DNA of 64,000 bases, taken from positions 416,001 through 480,000 of the forward strand of contig CANJVR010000002.1 in assembly GCA_947478395.1 (NCBI GenBank), in the 5' to 3' direction. This stretch comes from Opitutia bacterium. Its GTDB lineage: Bacteria > Verrucomicrobiota > Verrucomicrobiia > Opitutales > Opitutaceae. The translations under genes were made by a program, and so were the position numbers. Each line of letters begins with the position of its first letter. Positions within the stretch are counted from its first letter, which is position 1. The notes below the pieces were generated by a model. The model was not told the origin of the DNA. It ran no database searches and saw only the letters and a program-made list of their open reading frames with translations. Below are positions 19,854 to 30,536 of the stretch, one piece after another.

Positions 19854-21125
19854 TTAAATCCGTCCTTCGTAGCCATCACGCAGCACCTGCATCGTGTGGC
19901 GCACGCGCACGGGCGATCCGAGATTTTTTAAATGCGCCTGGAGCTGAGTGAGGCAACCGATGTTACCGCTGGCCACATCGGCCGCGCCCGTGGCGATGAC
20001 CGCCTGCGCTTTCTGCGCCCCTAGCGACGACGCCGTTTCCGGTTGGTCGAGATTGTACGTGCCCGCACTGCCGCAGCACAGGTGCGCGTTGGCGAGCTCC
20101 TTCAATTCCACGCCGGAAATCGCCCGCAGCAAAGCGCGTGGCTCGGACCGCACGCCCTGGCCGTTCACGAGGTGACACGCATCCTGGTAGGCGATCGCGC
20201 GACCTCCGCTCCACCCCACCGGTTTTTCGCGCAATCCGAGTCGCGCAAGAAACACACTCACATCCACGACGCGGTGTCGCATTGCCTCGGCGCGCGCTTC
20301 GTCCGCCGTGCCGCGCAAAATCAAATGATACTCATGCATGGCCGAGCCGCAGCCCGCGGCATTCGTTACAATCGCATCGATATCCGCCGGAAACGCCGCG
20401 AGATTCCGCCGCGCGAACGCCTGCGCCGCCGACAAATCGCCCGTGTGCCAAGCCAATCCTCCGCAGCAGCCTTGCGCTTCGGGCACGATGACTTCCACGC
20501 CGTTGCGCGTCAGAACGTCGATTGTCGCGACGTTGATATCCGGATCGAGCACCTGCTGCGCACAACCGGCCAGCAGCGCGACCCGCGCGCGTCGCTCGCC
20601 CCGGGCTGGATTCACCGTCGACAACTTCACCGACGGAGGCACTGCGCCCGGCGCGAGCGCGAGCATGGGACGCAATACGGCGGGCACCAACGAGCCCAAC
20701 GCACGACCGATTTTCGCCCCTGCGAGCGCGAGCCGGAAACGAGCGGGATACGGAATTGTTTTGGCCGCCAGCCAGCGCCGCAATTTTTCACCGGGCGTCC
20801 GCGAGAATTTCCGCTCCGTCTCCATCTTCGCGCGAAAGGGACTGATTAGATCGCGATAGGAAACTCCGCTCGGACACGCGGGTTCACACGCGAGACAGCC
20901 GAGGCAACGATCGATGTGCGGCTGCGCGGCACTGGCCGGCAGCGTGCCTTCCAGTACTTGCTTCATCAGCACAATCCGCCCGCGTGGTGAATCCATTTCC
21001 TGCCCAAACTCCTGGTAGGTCGGACACGCCGACAGGCAGAATCCGCAATGCACGCACGCTTGGACCGCCTGCGTCATTGGTCCGCCGAGCGGCCCGAGTT
21101 CTTCCGATTTGATCGTGTGCAGCAT
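19854..21125 (-). CDS. glcF: Glycolate oxidase Fe-S subunit
   Basis: CVHCGFC..ACPT, CLGCLACEPACP, two CCG domains, CCGSAGTYN. Confidence 0.93.
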   Translation of the reverse strand: MLHTIKSEELGPLGGPMTQAVQACVHCGFCLSACPTYQEFGQEMDSPRGRIVLMKQVLEGTLPASAAQPHIDRCLGCLACEPACPSGVSYRDLISPFRAKMETERKFSRTPGEKLRRWLAAKTIPYPARFRLALAGAKIGRALGSLVPAVLRPMLALAPGAVPPSVKLSTVNPARGERRARVALLAGCAQQVLDPDINVATIDVLTRNGVEVIVPEAQGCCGGLAWHTGDLSAAQAFARRNLAAFPADIDAIVTNAAGCGSAMHEYHLILRGTADEARAEAMRHRVVDVSVFLARLGLREKPVGWSGGRAIAYQDACHLVNGQGVRSEPRALLRAISGVELKELANAHLCCGSAGTYNLDQPETASSLGAQKAQAVIATGAADVASGNIGCLTQLQAHLKNLGSPVRVRHTMQVLRDGYEGRI

Positions 21126-21126
21126 G

Positions 21127-22194
21127 TTAGTCGTCGAGATGCGGAAACCGGTTTAATGGATCGAGCGCTTTCTTTAACGCCGCCATGATTTCGAATCGCG
21201 GTTTCACGCCGGGCCACAACGGTGCCTCGCCGCGCAACGTCATCGCGGACCACGGTAGCTCGGGCAATGCGCTGCCCTTCGCCACGGAAACGAAACCCAG
21301 ATTGCCGCCGGCGCTTACCCACCCGCGCGCACCCGGCAGCGCCCGCACCCAGTCGATAAATGTCGCTGCCTGCGCCGGGCTGAGCACCACCTTGGCGAGT
21401 CCGCCGTCCGGATGCGCCCATATGAGCCCGCCGGTTTTTTTCCAGAGTGCCGCGGCTTCGGTCTCCGCGAGAATGGCACCGGGCCAGCGTTGGAAAATTT
21501 CCGCGCTCAACGCCTCCAGCGCCACCGCCGGCCCCGCCAGACGCGCGAAAATCGCATCGTCATCCACCGCCGCCTCGAGCGCGTCGATTTCCCAGCGCGC
21601 GCTGCCCGCCTCGCTCAACATGCGGGCCTTCGCGGCCGAATCTTTTGCCTCTATCCGCAGCGTGCGCGTCGCGATCGGCTTCGGAAACACCTTGAACGTC
21701 ACCTCCGTGAGCGCCCCGAACCGGCCCACACTGCCGACAAGAAATTTCGGCAAATCGAAACCCGCCGCATTTTTCACGACTTTCCCGCCCAGCCGCAGCA
21801 GCCGTCCGCTGCCATCGACGAATTGCACCGCGAGAATAAAATCGCGCAACCCGCCAAAACGAAAACGTCCCGGTCCGCTCAACCCCGCCGCCACCATCCC
21901 GCCGACAGTCGCACCTTCCGCCACGAGCAGCGGGTCGAAGGGTAGATATTGTCCGCGTTCCGCCAGCGCGGTCACGATCTCCTGCACCGGCGTCCCTGCC
22001 AGGGCCGTAAACGTGAACTCACTGGGCTCGTATTCCACAATGCCGCGCAATTTCGCGGTTGAGATACGCGTGAATTTTTCCGGCACGTGCGAGAGCCTGG
22101 GTTTTGTCCCCGCACCCACCGCGATAGCGTGTGGCACGGAGCGCACCGCCTCGGCGAACTCTAGCGCGGAAATCGGGGAGAGCAGCGAGTCCAT
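21127..22194 (-). CDS. glcE: Glycolate oxidase FAD-binding subunit
   Basis: LPFDP, GGKVVKNAAGFDL, LDP; lies between glcD and glcF. Confidence 0.9.
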   Translation of the reverse strand: MDSLLSPISALEFAEAVRSVPHAIAVGAGTKPRLSHVPEKFTRISTAKLRGIVEYEPSEFTFTALAGTPVQEIVTALAERGQYLPFDPLLVAEGATVGGMVAAGLSGPGRFRFGGLRDFILAVQFVDGSGRLLRLGGKVVKNAAGFDLPKFLVGSVGRFGALTEVTFKVFPKPIATRTLRIEAKDSAAKARMLSEAGSARWEIDALEAAVDDDAIFARLAGPAVALEALSAEIFQRWPGAILAETEAAALWKKTGGLIWAHPDGGLAKVVLSPAQAATFIDWVRALPGARGWVSAGGNLGFVSVAKGSALPELPWSAMTLRGEAPLWPGVKPRFEIMAALKKALDPLNRFPHLDD

Positions 22195-22219
22195 TTGTTT
22201 TTAATCCGTGCTCATCTGT

Positions 22220-23677
22220 TTACTCGCGGAAAATGACTCCCGCCTTCTCCAGCGGATGCAAACCATGCTGGAGCAGAGCGGGCGGACCGCCTTCCGGAAA
22301 CATCTTGCCCGGATTCGCAATGCCGAGCGGATCGAACGCGGCGCGCACGCGCTTCATGCAGTCGATCGCATCCGGTGAAAACATATCCGGCAAATAGTCG
22401 CGCTTCTCGACGCCGATCCCGTGTTCGCCGGTGATGGAGCCGCCCATTTCCACGCACATTTTCAAGATCCGTCCGGCCAGCTCTTCCGCCCGCGCCAGCG
22501 CACCAGGTTCGCGTCCATCGTACAAAATCAGCGGATGAAGATTGCCGTCGCCCGCGTGAAATACGTTCGCGCAGCGGATGTTCATCTCCCGCGACCACTC
22601 CGATATTTTTCGCAGCGCCTCGCCCAACCGCCGCCGCGGCACCACGCCATCCTGCACAATAAAATCCGGTGAAAGTCGGCCGACTGCGCTGAACGCACTT
22701 TTGCGTCCCTTCCAAATCGCGGCACGCTCCGCTGCGTCCTTGGCTGCCCGCACCTCGACCGGATCGCTGGCGGCCAGAATTTTTGCCAGCCGCTCCCGAT
22801 CCACCGCCACGACTTCACGCGGACCCTCGAGTTCGACAATCAACACGGCCTCGCAACCCGGCGGATACTCCGCGTGCACCGCGGCCACGGCCGCCTCGAG
22901 CGCGAGTTTTTCCATGATCTCGATCGCCCCCGGCAAAAGCCCGCTCGCCACCACCGCCGTCACGGCATCACCCGCTTTTTCCAGCGTCGCGTAGCCCGCG
23001 AGCACCGTGTGAAAAGTCTCAGCGCGTGGCAGCAATTGGAGCGTCACTTCCAGCACGATGCCAAAAAGTCCTTCGTTGCCCACGAACAGTCCCGTCCAAT
23101 CAGGCCCGACTTGCTCCCGGCTCGCGCCGCCAAACTCAACGACCTCGCCGGTCGCGAGCACCGCTTTCAAACCGAGCACGTGATTCGAGGTCATTCCGTA
23201 TTTCAGACAATGCGCTCCGCCGGAATTGAACGCGACGTTGCCGCCGATCGTGCAGATTTGCTGGCTCGACGGATCCGGGGCGAAGTGCAGTCCGTGCGGT
23301 TGCGCCGCCGCCGTCACCGCAAGATTGATCACCCCCGGTTGAACCACGGCGATGCGCTGGACCGGATCGACGCTCAAGATTCGGTTGAGCCGATTAAGCC
23401 CAATCACGATCCCACCTTCAACGGGTAGCGATCCGCCGGACAAACTCGTGCCGCTCCCCCGCGCGACGAAGGGCAGTTTTTCCTCGCAGCAAAAACGCAC
23501 GAGCGCCACGACCTCGTCCGGTGTTTCTGGGACCACAACTGCCAGCGGTCGCGCCCGAAACGCGGTCAGCCCGTCGCTCTCATAGGCGGCCAGTTGGGCC
23601 GGTCCGCACATGAGCCGTCCCGCCGGCATTAGGGCTTCGAGTCGGCGTAGGGTATCGGCCGTTGATCGGTTCTCCAT
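22220..23677 (-). CDS. glcD: Glycolate oxidase subunit
   Basis: [45 protein letters not shown]. Confidence 0.94.
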   Translation of the reverse strand: MENRSTADTLRRLEALMPAGRLMCGPAQLAAYESDGLTAFRARPLAVVVPETPDEVVALVRFCCEEKLPFVARGSGTSLSGGSLPVEGGIVIGLNRLNRILSVDPVQRIAVVQPGVINLAVTAAAQPHGLHFAPDPSSQQICTIGGNVAFNSGGAHCLKYGMTSNHVLGLKAVLATGEVVEFGGASREQVGPDWTGLFVGNEGLFGIVLEVTLQLLPRAETFHTVLAGYATLEKAGDAVTAVVASGLLPGAIEIMEKLALEAAVAAVHAEYPPGCEAVLIVELEGPREVVAVDRERLAKILAASDPVEVRAAKDAAERAAIWKGRKSAFSAVGRLSPDFIVQDGVVPRRRLGEALRKISEWSREMNIRCANVFHAGDGNLHPLILYDGREPGALARAEELAGRILKMCVEMGGSITGEHGIGVEKRDYLPDMFSPDAIDCMKRVRAAFDPLGIANPGKMFPEGGPPALLQHGLHPLEKAGVIFRE

Positions 23678-23998
23678 CGTGACGCTTATCTTGAAAGGGC
23701 GCACCGCCCGGTGACGAGTGCGGAGTTAAACTTTGCGACAAAAACTCACGACCCCCGCCTCCATTAAAGCTCAAGCGCTGAATCGTCGGGCGCTGGGAGC
23801 GCACAACGCGGATTGCAGCACTGCGCTAGATTTCAGCCTGAATAAAAACCCCGACAGCTACCGACCGCAAAGGTCGCGGCGCAGCCGTTCCGGACGTTCC
23901 GGTGCGAAACAGGGTGCATCCGCGCGAATCGGTCTGATGCTCTGCAAGCGTTGACCGTGCGATCTCCCGCGGTCGCTCTTCTCTCCCTCCTCTGCCCT

Positions 23999-25678
23999 AT
24001 GAAATCTCGCTCCTGTTACTTCTTCTTCGCCGCGTTCGCCGCTGTCCGGCTCGTGGCCGCGCCGTTTGACGTCAAAAATTTCGGCGCCACAGGCGACGGC
24101 AAAACGCTGGACACCGCCGCGATCAACAAGGCGATCGAAGCAGCCAACGCGGCCGGCGGTGGCACCGTCGAATTTCCGGCGGGCAACTACCTTTCCTTTT
24201 CAATTCATCTCAAGAGCCACGTCACGCTTCATCTCGATACGGGCGCCACGATCGTCGCGGCCGAACCGCCAGCCGATTTGTCGTCGGGCTATGATGCGCC
24301 TGAAGCAAATCCGATCACTGACCAATACGAAGATTTCGGTCACTCCCACTGGCACAACAGTCTTATTTGGGGCGAAGGCCTGGTGGACATCGGCATCACC
24401 GGTCCCGGGACAATATTCGGCCGCGGTTTGAGCAAGGGCGGCGGCCGTCGCGATTACCTCCCCGAAGAGCGTGCCGCCCTGAACGAAATCGGCGCGCCCG
24501 GCGGCAACCAACGCGTCGCCTTTCCTCTCCCCGCGAGTGCAGTCGCCGCGATTGCCGCGCAGACGCGGGGTCCTTTCGGCACGCCCGGGGGTGACACATT
24601 GCCCGCCGGCGTCGGCAACAAAGCCATCGCGCTGAAGAATTGCCGCAATGTGATCTTTCGTGATTTCACGATCTACCACGGCGGGCACTTCGGCATTCTC
24701 GCCACCGGCGTCGACAACTGGACCTGCGACAACCTGAAGATTGACACCAACCGCGACGGCATCGACTTCGACTGCTGCCAGAACGTGCGCGTTTCGAACT
24801 GCACCGTTAACTCCCCGTACGACGACGCGATTTGTCCGAAGGCCTCGTTCGCCCTCGGTTATCCGCGACCGGCCGAAAATATCACCATCACGAATTGCCA
24901 GGTGAGCGGCTATGACGAAGGCACGCTGCTCGACGGCACACGCCAGCGAAAAGTCATGAAGGACGGTGGCACCGGTCGCATCAAGTGCGGCACCGAGGCC
25001 AACGGCGGCTTTCGCAACATCACGATTTCCAACTGCGTCTTTGAACACTGCCGCGGCCTCGCATTCGAGGAAGTCGACGGCGGCCTGCTCGAGGACATCA
25101 CGGTTTCGAATATCACGATGCGCGACATCGCCAACGCTCCGATTTATCTTCGTCTCGGGCGGCGCCTGCGCGGACCCGCTCCGATTGCCGTCGGCGCCGC
25201 CCGCCGGATCAAGATCGACCATGTCGTTGCGCACAATGTCGCGGCGCAAAGCGGCGTGCTCATCCTTGGTCTCCCCGGCCACGCCATCGAAGACGTTTCA
25301 TTGAGCAACATCTTCATCGACTACGTCGGTGGCGGAACGGCGGAACAAGCTCAACGCGAAGTGCCCGACGACGAGGCCGCGCAGCAGCAATATCCCGAAC
25401 CCGCAAGCCACGGCACCATGCCGTCGTGGGGCATGTTCGCCCGTCACGTGAAAAATCTCGATGTCAGTCACGTTGAGTTCCGCGCAGCCAAGGGAGATCT
25501 CCGTCCCACCGTGCAACTTGATGACGTCGCCGACGTGGCGTTCGACGCCGTGAAACTCCCGCACGAGGCAAGCGCTACTGCCTTCGTTTTGAAAAATGTG
25601 AGCGGCTTTTCGATCCACAATAGTTCCGGTCTCCGCGAAACGAAACGCCCGGAAAAGATCGCGAGTGAAAAACTCTGA
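23999..25678 (+). CDS. Glycoside hydrolase family 28 (pectin-related beta-helix)
   Basis: Signal peptide; FGATGDGKTLDTAAINKAI, NRDGID, DDAICPK, IKCGTE. Confidence 0.88.
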   Translation: MKSRSCYFFFAAFAAVRLVAAPFDVKNFGATGDGKTLDTAAINKAIEAANAAGGGTVEFPAGNYLSFSIHLKSHVTLHLDTGATIVAAEPPADLSSGYDAPEANPITDQYEDFGHSHWHNSLIWGEGLVDIGITGPGTIFGRGLSKGGGRRDYLPEERAALNEIGAPGGNQRVAFPLPASAVAAIAAQTRGPFGTPGGDTLPAGVGNKAIALKNCRNVIFRDFTIYHGGHFGILATGVDNWTCDNLKIDTNRDGIDFDCCQNVRVSNCTVNSPYDDAICPKASFALGYPRPAENITITNCQVSGYDEGTLLDGTRQRKVMKDGGTGRIKCGTEANGGFRNITISNCVFEHCRGLAFEEVDGGLLEDITVSNITMRDIANAPIYLRLGRRLRGPAPIAVGAARRIKIDHVVAHNVAAQSGVLILGLPGHAIEDVSLSNIFIDYVGGGTAEQAQREVPDDEAAQQQYPEPASHGTMPSWGMFARHVKNLDVSHVEFRAAKGDLRPTVQLDDVADVAFDAVKLPHEASATAFVLKNVSGFSIHNSSGLRETKRPEKIASEKL

Positions 25679-25726
25679 GGGCGCGCGATCGCGATAATTT
25701 CCTAGATCAGGAAATTCCAGTCCTTC

Positions 25727-25754
25727 GGGCGATTGCAGCGTAGTGCAATCGCCC
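25727..25754. terminator. Hairpin between convergent genes, possible terminator
   Basis: GGGCGATTGCA-GCGTAG-TGCAATCGCCC, perfect 11-bp stem; no clear U-tract. Confidence 0.35.
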
Positions 25755-25968
25755 CGTTGGGGCGGACGCCCATCACCGCGCGGATCGTCTTCCCCGGCGG
25801 TTGGAGAGAACCCCTGCACGATCAGCCGGGAATTTAGGTCGGGGTGGCGTTGGACGTGATGGGAAGCGCGTGAAGCAAAAAGACGGACCACGAATCTCGT
25901 AAAGAACGACGATTGAAGTTTGGAAAGCGTCGCCGATTTTTTGCGGGCTTCGTCCCGGCGAGATATTT

Positions 25969-26688
25969 TTAACTGATCAACAGCAAACGCGGTGGTGCGT
26001 CGGGCTGGGTTTCAGGTGCGCGGTGAATGCAGGGCGGAACCGGACTCCCCGGATAATCCACGGCAATGCGCCAGAGATTGCCGAGGCCAAACGAAAAAGG
26101 CCGCGCGTGCGCCATGGGCGCATAGTGAAGGTCGTAAGCATACTCCTTCAGATATTCGCGAAAGCTAGCGTCGTCCGGACCACCGAAACGGGCCAGAAGT
26201 TCTGCCCGCGTCGCCGCGAGGTCGATGTGCCGCACGGCCTCGTCGTTGCGGAGACCTTCGGACGCCGCACCGGCATAGCTACATAGCCACGTGTCGGCTG
26301 GACCCGTGGCGCTGTCCGCGTGGAACGAATAGACATCGGTCGGCACGGGCGTCGGTTCTTCGTCGCGCGGGTAATTGCGGATGCAATCGAGCACCGGTGA
26401 AAGACCGAGCGCACCCAACCGGTCACGGTCCGCGAGCATGAAGTCGACGGCAGTGCGGCCGGCCACAGTCAGACGCAAACCGCGCAATCGATCGGCATCC
26501 AGCGAGTCGATTTCTTCGATGGGTCCCAGCTCGCTGACCACGGCGTTGAAATCACCGTCGAGCGTGCGTTTCCAGCAGAGCGCATTAACGCCGTCGGCGA
26601 AAGGCGTCGCAGCCAGCTCATTGAAACTGTGTACCACTTTGATCCGCGCGTAACCAGGAGGCAGAGTAAACGAGGACAACGAACTCAT
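25969..26688 (-). CDS. DUF1826-like protein
   Basis: FHAD...LCSY.G..SE and IHRAP..RLLL motifs resemble DUF1826. Confidence 0.6.
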   Translation of the reverse strand: MSSLSSFTLPPGYARIKVVHSFNELAATPFADGVNALCWKRTLDGDFNAVVSELGPIEEIDSLDADRLRGLRLTVAGRTAVDFMLADRDRLGALGLSPVLDCIRNYPRDEEPTPVPTDVYSFHADSATGPADTWLCSYAGAASEGLRNDEAVRHIDLAATRAELLARFGGPDDASFREYLKEYAYDLHYAPMAHARPFSFGLGNLWRIAVDYPGSPVPPCIHRAPETQPDAPPRLLLIS

Positions 26689-26781
26689 GGAGCCTGGATG
26701 AAGAGCTGTAACCGTGAGCAAGCGTCAAGACGGACAAGATTGACGCTGTCGGTGCGGCGCCGCCTTGAAGATCCGCGCGAC

Positions 26782-27735
26782 TCAGGCGCGCGGGTGCGCC
26801 TTCGCATAAATTTCCTGCAGTCGGGCGATGCTCACGTGGGTGTAAACTTGCGTCGTCGTGAGCAGCGCGTGGCCGAGCAATTCCTGCACCAGACGCAAAT
26901 CGGCGCCGGCATTCAGCAAGTGCGTCGCGTAGGAGTGTCGCAGCTTGTGCGGCGTGAGCGCATGGGGCAGTTCCGCGAGCGCCAGGTAACGCTTCAGCAT
27001 GAGTTGCACGACGCGCACCGTCATTCGACTGCCGTCGGGATTCATGAGTACGGGATCGCTCAGACCCGCGCGCGGCGCGAACTCGTCCCGCACTTTTTTC
27101 AACACCGTGAGCGCGACGCGGCCGAGCGGACAAATCCGCTCCTTCCGCCCCTTACCCACGACGCGCGCCACCCCGCTATCGAAATCCACGGCACCATAGT
27201 TGAGGGCCACGAGTTCGCTCACGCGTAGTCCGCCGCCGTACAGCAGCTCCATGGCGAGCCGGTCCCGCCATGCAACCTCCGGCAGCGCGGTTTCGTTTTC
27301 GATCAATCGCTGCGGTCCGAGCAGCAATCGTTTCATCTGCTCCTCGGTTAAAAAAACCGGCAGGCGTTTTTCCAACTTCGGTAGCGGCACACCCGCGAAA
27401 GGATTTCGTTTCAGCCGTCCGCGCTGTTGCCAAAATTTCGCCCACGCCCGCAGGCCGGACACGTGATTGTGCAACGTGCGTCGGTCGAACCGTCGCCGCG
27501 CCTCGATCACGAAGTCCCGTACCTCGCGCACCTGCAAGGCATCCACCCCGCGCGCCCACACGCCGGCCGCCTGAGCCCAGCGATAAAAATCCTCAAACGC
27601 CTGCCGGTAATTTCGCACCGTGTAGACCGAGCACCGCCGCTCCAAAGCGAGATAGTCGGCAAAGGGCGTCCACCACTCCGCGGTCACACCCGCTGGTAGC
27701 GCCGCGAGCTTCGGGCGCCGCGGCTTAGCTTTCAC
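26782..27735 (-). CDS. xerC: Tyrosine recombinase, XerC-like
   Basis: LYGGGLRVSEL, GKGRKER, HKLRHSYATHLL, LGH, TTQVYT. GTG start overlaps the mazG stop. Confidence 0.85.
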   Translation of the reverse strand: MKAKPRRPKLAALPAGVTAEWWTPFADYLALERRCSVYTVRNYRQAFEDFYRWAQAAGVWARGVDALQVREVRDFVIEARRRFDRRTLHNHVSGLRAWAKFWQQRGRLKRNPFAGVPLPKLEKRLPVFLTEEQMKRLLLGPQRLIENETALPEVAWRDRLAMELLYGGGLRVSELVALNYGAVDFDSGVARVVGKGRKERICPLGRVALTVLKKVRDEFAPRAGLSDPVLMNPDGSRMTVRVVQLMLKRYLALAELPHALTPHKLRHSYATHLLNAGADLRLVQELLGHALLTTTQVYTHVSIARLQEIYAKAHPRA

Positions 27736-28403
27736 GTCCTCACTCCTTCCCCGGCCTGCCTCTCGACCGCCCGCATCACCTTCGTCGCGTGTAAACGCAA
27801 CGCACCCTCGGGATCGAGGCCTTTGGCGCGGGCCGCCGCCGTCAATTCGAAGAGTATTTGCCCGAGTCGATCGTTCGTGAGGTCCACCTCCAACGCCCGG
27901 ACTTGCGGAATATCCACGGCGCGATCCGCCGGCAGCGCCTTCTTCTCGATCTGTTTCCACACGGCCTCCGCAAACATCAACGCCGGCAAGCGCGGTGGCA
28001 GCTCTTTGAAAATCCCGGACGGCACAGCGCCATGCTTTTTTTCCAGCGCCTTGATCTGTTCCCACTGCACCAGCACCTGCTCAGACGTGTCGAGTTTGCC
28101 ACTGCCGAACACATGCGGATGCCGGCGCACGAGTTTCTCGTTCACTTCCTGCGCGACATCTTCCAACGAAAAATGGCCGGCCTCGGCCGCGAGCTGGGCG
28201 TGAAATACGACTTGAATGAGCACGTCGCCCAATTCCTCTCGCATGTGGGCCATGTCGCCACGATCGATGGTGTCGATCAGCTCACTCACCTCGTCGATCA
28301 AACATCGCACGAGCGTGGCGTGCGTCTGCTCTTGATCCCACGGACACCCGCCCGGCCCCCGGAGCCGCGCGATCGTCGCCTTCAATTCATCCATCGCGTT
28401 CAT
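27732..28403 (-). CDS. mazG: MazG nucleoside triphosphate pyrophosphohydrolase
   Basis: GCPWD.EQT, EELGD, KLVRRHPHVF. Confidence 0.92.
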   Translation of the reverse strand: MNAMDELKATIARLRGPGGCPWDQEQTHATLVRCLIDEVSELIDTIDRGDMAHMREELGDVLIQVVFHAQLAAEAGHFSLEDVAQEVNEKLVRRHPHVFGSGKLDTSEQVLVQWEQIKALEKKHGAVPSGIFKELPPRLPALMFAEAVWKQIEKKALPADRAVDIPQVRALEVDLTNDRLGQILFELTAAARAKGLDPEGALRLHATKVMRAVERQAGEGVRT

Positions 28404-28496
28404 TGTGCCCGGCAGTTAGCCCGGTGAATCCGGCGAATACACGGAAATTTTTCCGCTTTGTGTTCCCGCTCTTCCGTGTGTTCCGTAGGCAGCTTC

Positions 28497-29294
28497 ATGT
28501 CCGACAAGCTCACTGAGATTATGGCCTGGAAGCGTCAGGAGATCGCCCCTCTCCTGCGGCCGGTGCCGTTGGCCGAACTCGCCGCTGTGCACGCCAGCCT
28601 GCCGCCTGTGCCTTCGTTCGCGGCTGCTCTCCGCCGGCCCGACGGCCAGTTGGGCGTCATCGCCGAGATCAAACGACGCTCGCCATCGGCGGGCGCCATC
28701 GCCACCGGCGTCTCCGCGACCGATCAAGCGGCAAAGTATCGAGCCGCCGGCGCGAGCGCACTCTCGGTCTTGACCGACGAGAAATTTTTCGGCGGAACGC
28801 TCGGCGATCTCTCGGCGGCGACCGATTTTTTCCGGGCTTCACCTCCTGCGGTCCCATGTCTGCGCAAGGATTTTTTCATCCATCCCATCCAGGTCGTGCA
28901 AGCCCGACAGGCCGGCGCCAGCGCAATTCTGATTATTGTCCGCGCGCTCTCGGATGAGGAGATCGCGTTGCTTCACGCCTCGGCGGCGGCCGCGGGGCTC
29001 GACGCCCTTTTCGAGATTCACCACGAACCCGACTTGGCGCGCGCGGTGTTGCACGGGGCTAAAATTATCGGCGTCAACAATCGCGATCTCGCGATCTTCA
29101 AAACCGATCTAGCGCTGAGCGAACGGCTCATTCCGCAGTTTCCGGCCGGCGTTACCGCCGTGAGCGAGAGCGGCATCTTTACGGCGGCCGACGCCCATCG
29201 CGTTCGTGCGGCTGGAGCTCACGCCGTGCTGGTCGGTGAAGCACTCATGAAAGCGGCGGATCCGGCCGGCCTTATTGCCGGATTTCGCGCATGA
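28497..29294 (+). CDS. trpC: Indole-3-glycerol phosphate synthase
   Basis: IAEIKRRSPS, SVLTD..FFGG, LRKDF, GVNNRDL, SESGI, LVGEALM. Confidence 0.96.
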   Translation: MSDKLTEIMAWKRQEIAPLLRPVPLAELAAVHASLPPVPSFAAALRRPDGQLGVIAEIKRRSPSAGAIATGVSATDQAAKYRAAGASALSVLTDEKFFGGTLGDLSAATDFFRASPPAVPCLRKDFFIHPIQVVQARQAGASAILIIVRALSDEEIALLHASAAAAGLDALFEIHHEPDLARAVLHGAKIIGVNNRDLAIFKTDLALSERLIPQFPAGVTAVSESGIFTAADAHRVRAAGAHAVLVGEALMKAADPAGLIAGFRA

Positions 29295-29641
29295 CCATCC
29301 ATCGCCCCAGGGCGCTGCTGCCGCGCAAAAAGTTTCTCCACCGCCTCGCGCGCAGCATGGTGGTGGGCGCGCTCATGATCCTGGTTTCTCTCACCATCGG
29401 CATGGTTGGCTACCACGTCCTTGGGGGCCTCTCGTGGATCGATGCCTTTCTTGATGCCTCGATGATCCTTTCCGGCATGGGGCCGCTTTCCCAGCTGCAC
29501 AACGACCAGGTCAAATTTTTTGCCGGGTGCTATGCGATTTATTGCGGACTCGCACTGATCAGCACCGCCGGCGTGATGCTCGCTCCGCTCATTCACCGTT
29601 ACCTGCACAAGTTCCATCTCGAGGACGACGCGAACGTCTGA
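29291..29641 (+). CDS. Small two-TM membrane protein (ion-channel-like)
   Basis: TM, then SWIDAF..SMILSGMGP, then TM. ATGA overlap with trpC. Confidence 0.6.
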   Translation: MTIHRPRALLPRKKFLHRLARSMVVGALMILVSLTIGMVGYHVLGGLSWIDAFLDASMILSGMGPLSQLHNDQVKFFAGCYAIYCGLALISTAGVMLAPLIHRYLHKFHLEDDANV

Positions 29642-29643
29642 TT

Positions 29644-30501
29644 ATGCCGTTATCTCCCACTGCCACGCGCGACCTCCTGGCGCAACTCGGACACGCGCCG
29701 AAACGTTTTCTTGGGCAGAATTTCCTCGTCGATGGCAACATCGTGCGCAAGTCCCTCGAACTCGCCAGCGTCGCACCCGGCGACGCCGTGATCGAGATCG
29801 GGCCCGGGCTCGGTACGTTGACCTCCGCGCTCCTTGAAGCAGGAGCGGAAGTATGGGCGGTCGAAAAAGACCCGACACTTTTCGGGCATCTTGCGGCGAC
29901 GCTCGCGCTGCAGTTTCCTGATCGGCTCCATTTGCTTCACGGCGACGCGGTCGAACATCCATTGGCCGGATTCGGCGCAGGCAACCCTTCGAGTCCGCCT
30001 CGCGCCGACTTTAAAGTCGTGGCCAACCTGCCCTACGCGATCGCCACGCCGTGGCTCGATGCCGTGTTAGGCGGGCCGTTGCCCGCGACGCTCGTACTCA
30101 TGCTCCAACAGGAGGCGGCCCAGCGCTATACGGCCGTGCCCGGCACCAAGGCGGTCGGCGCCATTTCGGTTTTCCTGCAATCGGCTTATGGCGTGGCGCC
30201 GGGCCACAAAGTACCGGCCGCTTGTTTTTACCCGCGCCCCGACATCGAATCTTATCTCCTGAATTTGGTGCGCCGACCCCGTCCATTTATTTTTTCAAGC
30301 GCGAACAAGGCGCTCATCCGCGAGTGCTTTCAGCAACGACGGAAGCAAATCGCCTCACTCCTTCGGGGACGTTTGTCCGATGGTGGCGCAGTCTGGCTGG
30401 AACATCTGCGCTCAGCCGGCCTCTCAGGCCAAAGCCGGCCGGAAGATATTCCCAGCGAGTTGTGGCAACAATTGTCCCCAACCAGCGCAACTGCGGCTTG
30501 A
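29644..30501 (+). CDS. rsmA: 16S rRNA adenine dimethyltransferase
   Basis: LGQNFL, EIGPGLG, ANLPY, QRRK. Confidence 0.95.
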   Translation: MPLSPTATRDLLAQLGHAPKRFLGQNFLVDGNIVRKSLELASVAPGDAVIEIGPGLGTLTSALLEAGAEVWAVEKDPTLFGHLAATLALQFPDRLHLLHGDAVEHPLAGFGAGNPSSPPRADFKVVANLPYAIATPWLDAVLGGPLPATLVLMLQQEAAQRYTAVPGTKAVGAISVFLQSAYGVAPGHKVPAACFYPRPDIESYLLNLVRRPRPFIFSSANKALIRECFQQRRKQIASLLRGRLSDGGAVWLEHLRSAGLSGQSRPEDIPSELWQQLSPTSATAA

Positions 30502-30536
30502 AAGCCCGGCTGCTCACACTACTGATAACTCTACCC

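Noticed and set aside
27736..28065. N-terminal extension of the tyrosine recombinase, and the idea that it is a prophage or island integrase
   Set aside because: The extension overlaps mazG out of frame. The size, motifs and housekeeping context fit XerC, and I saw no att site or phage genes.
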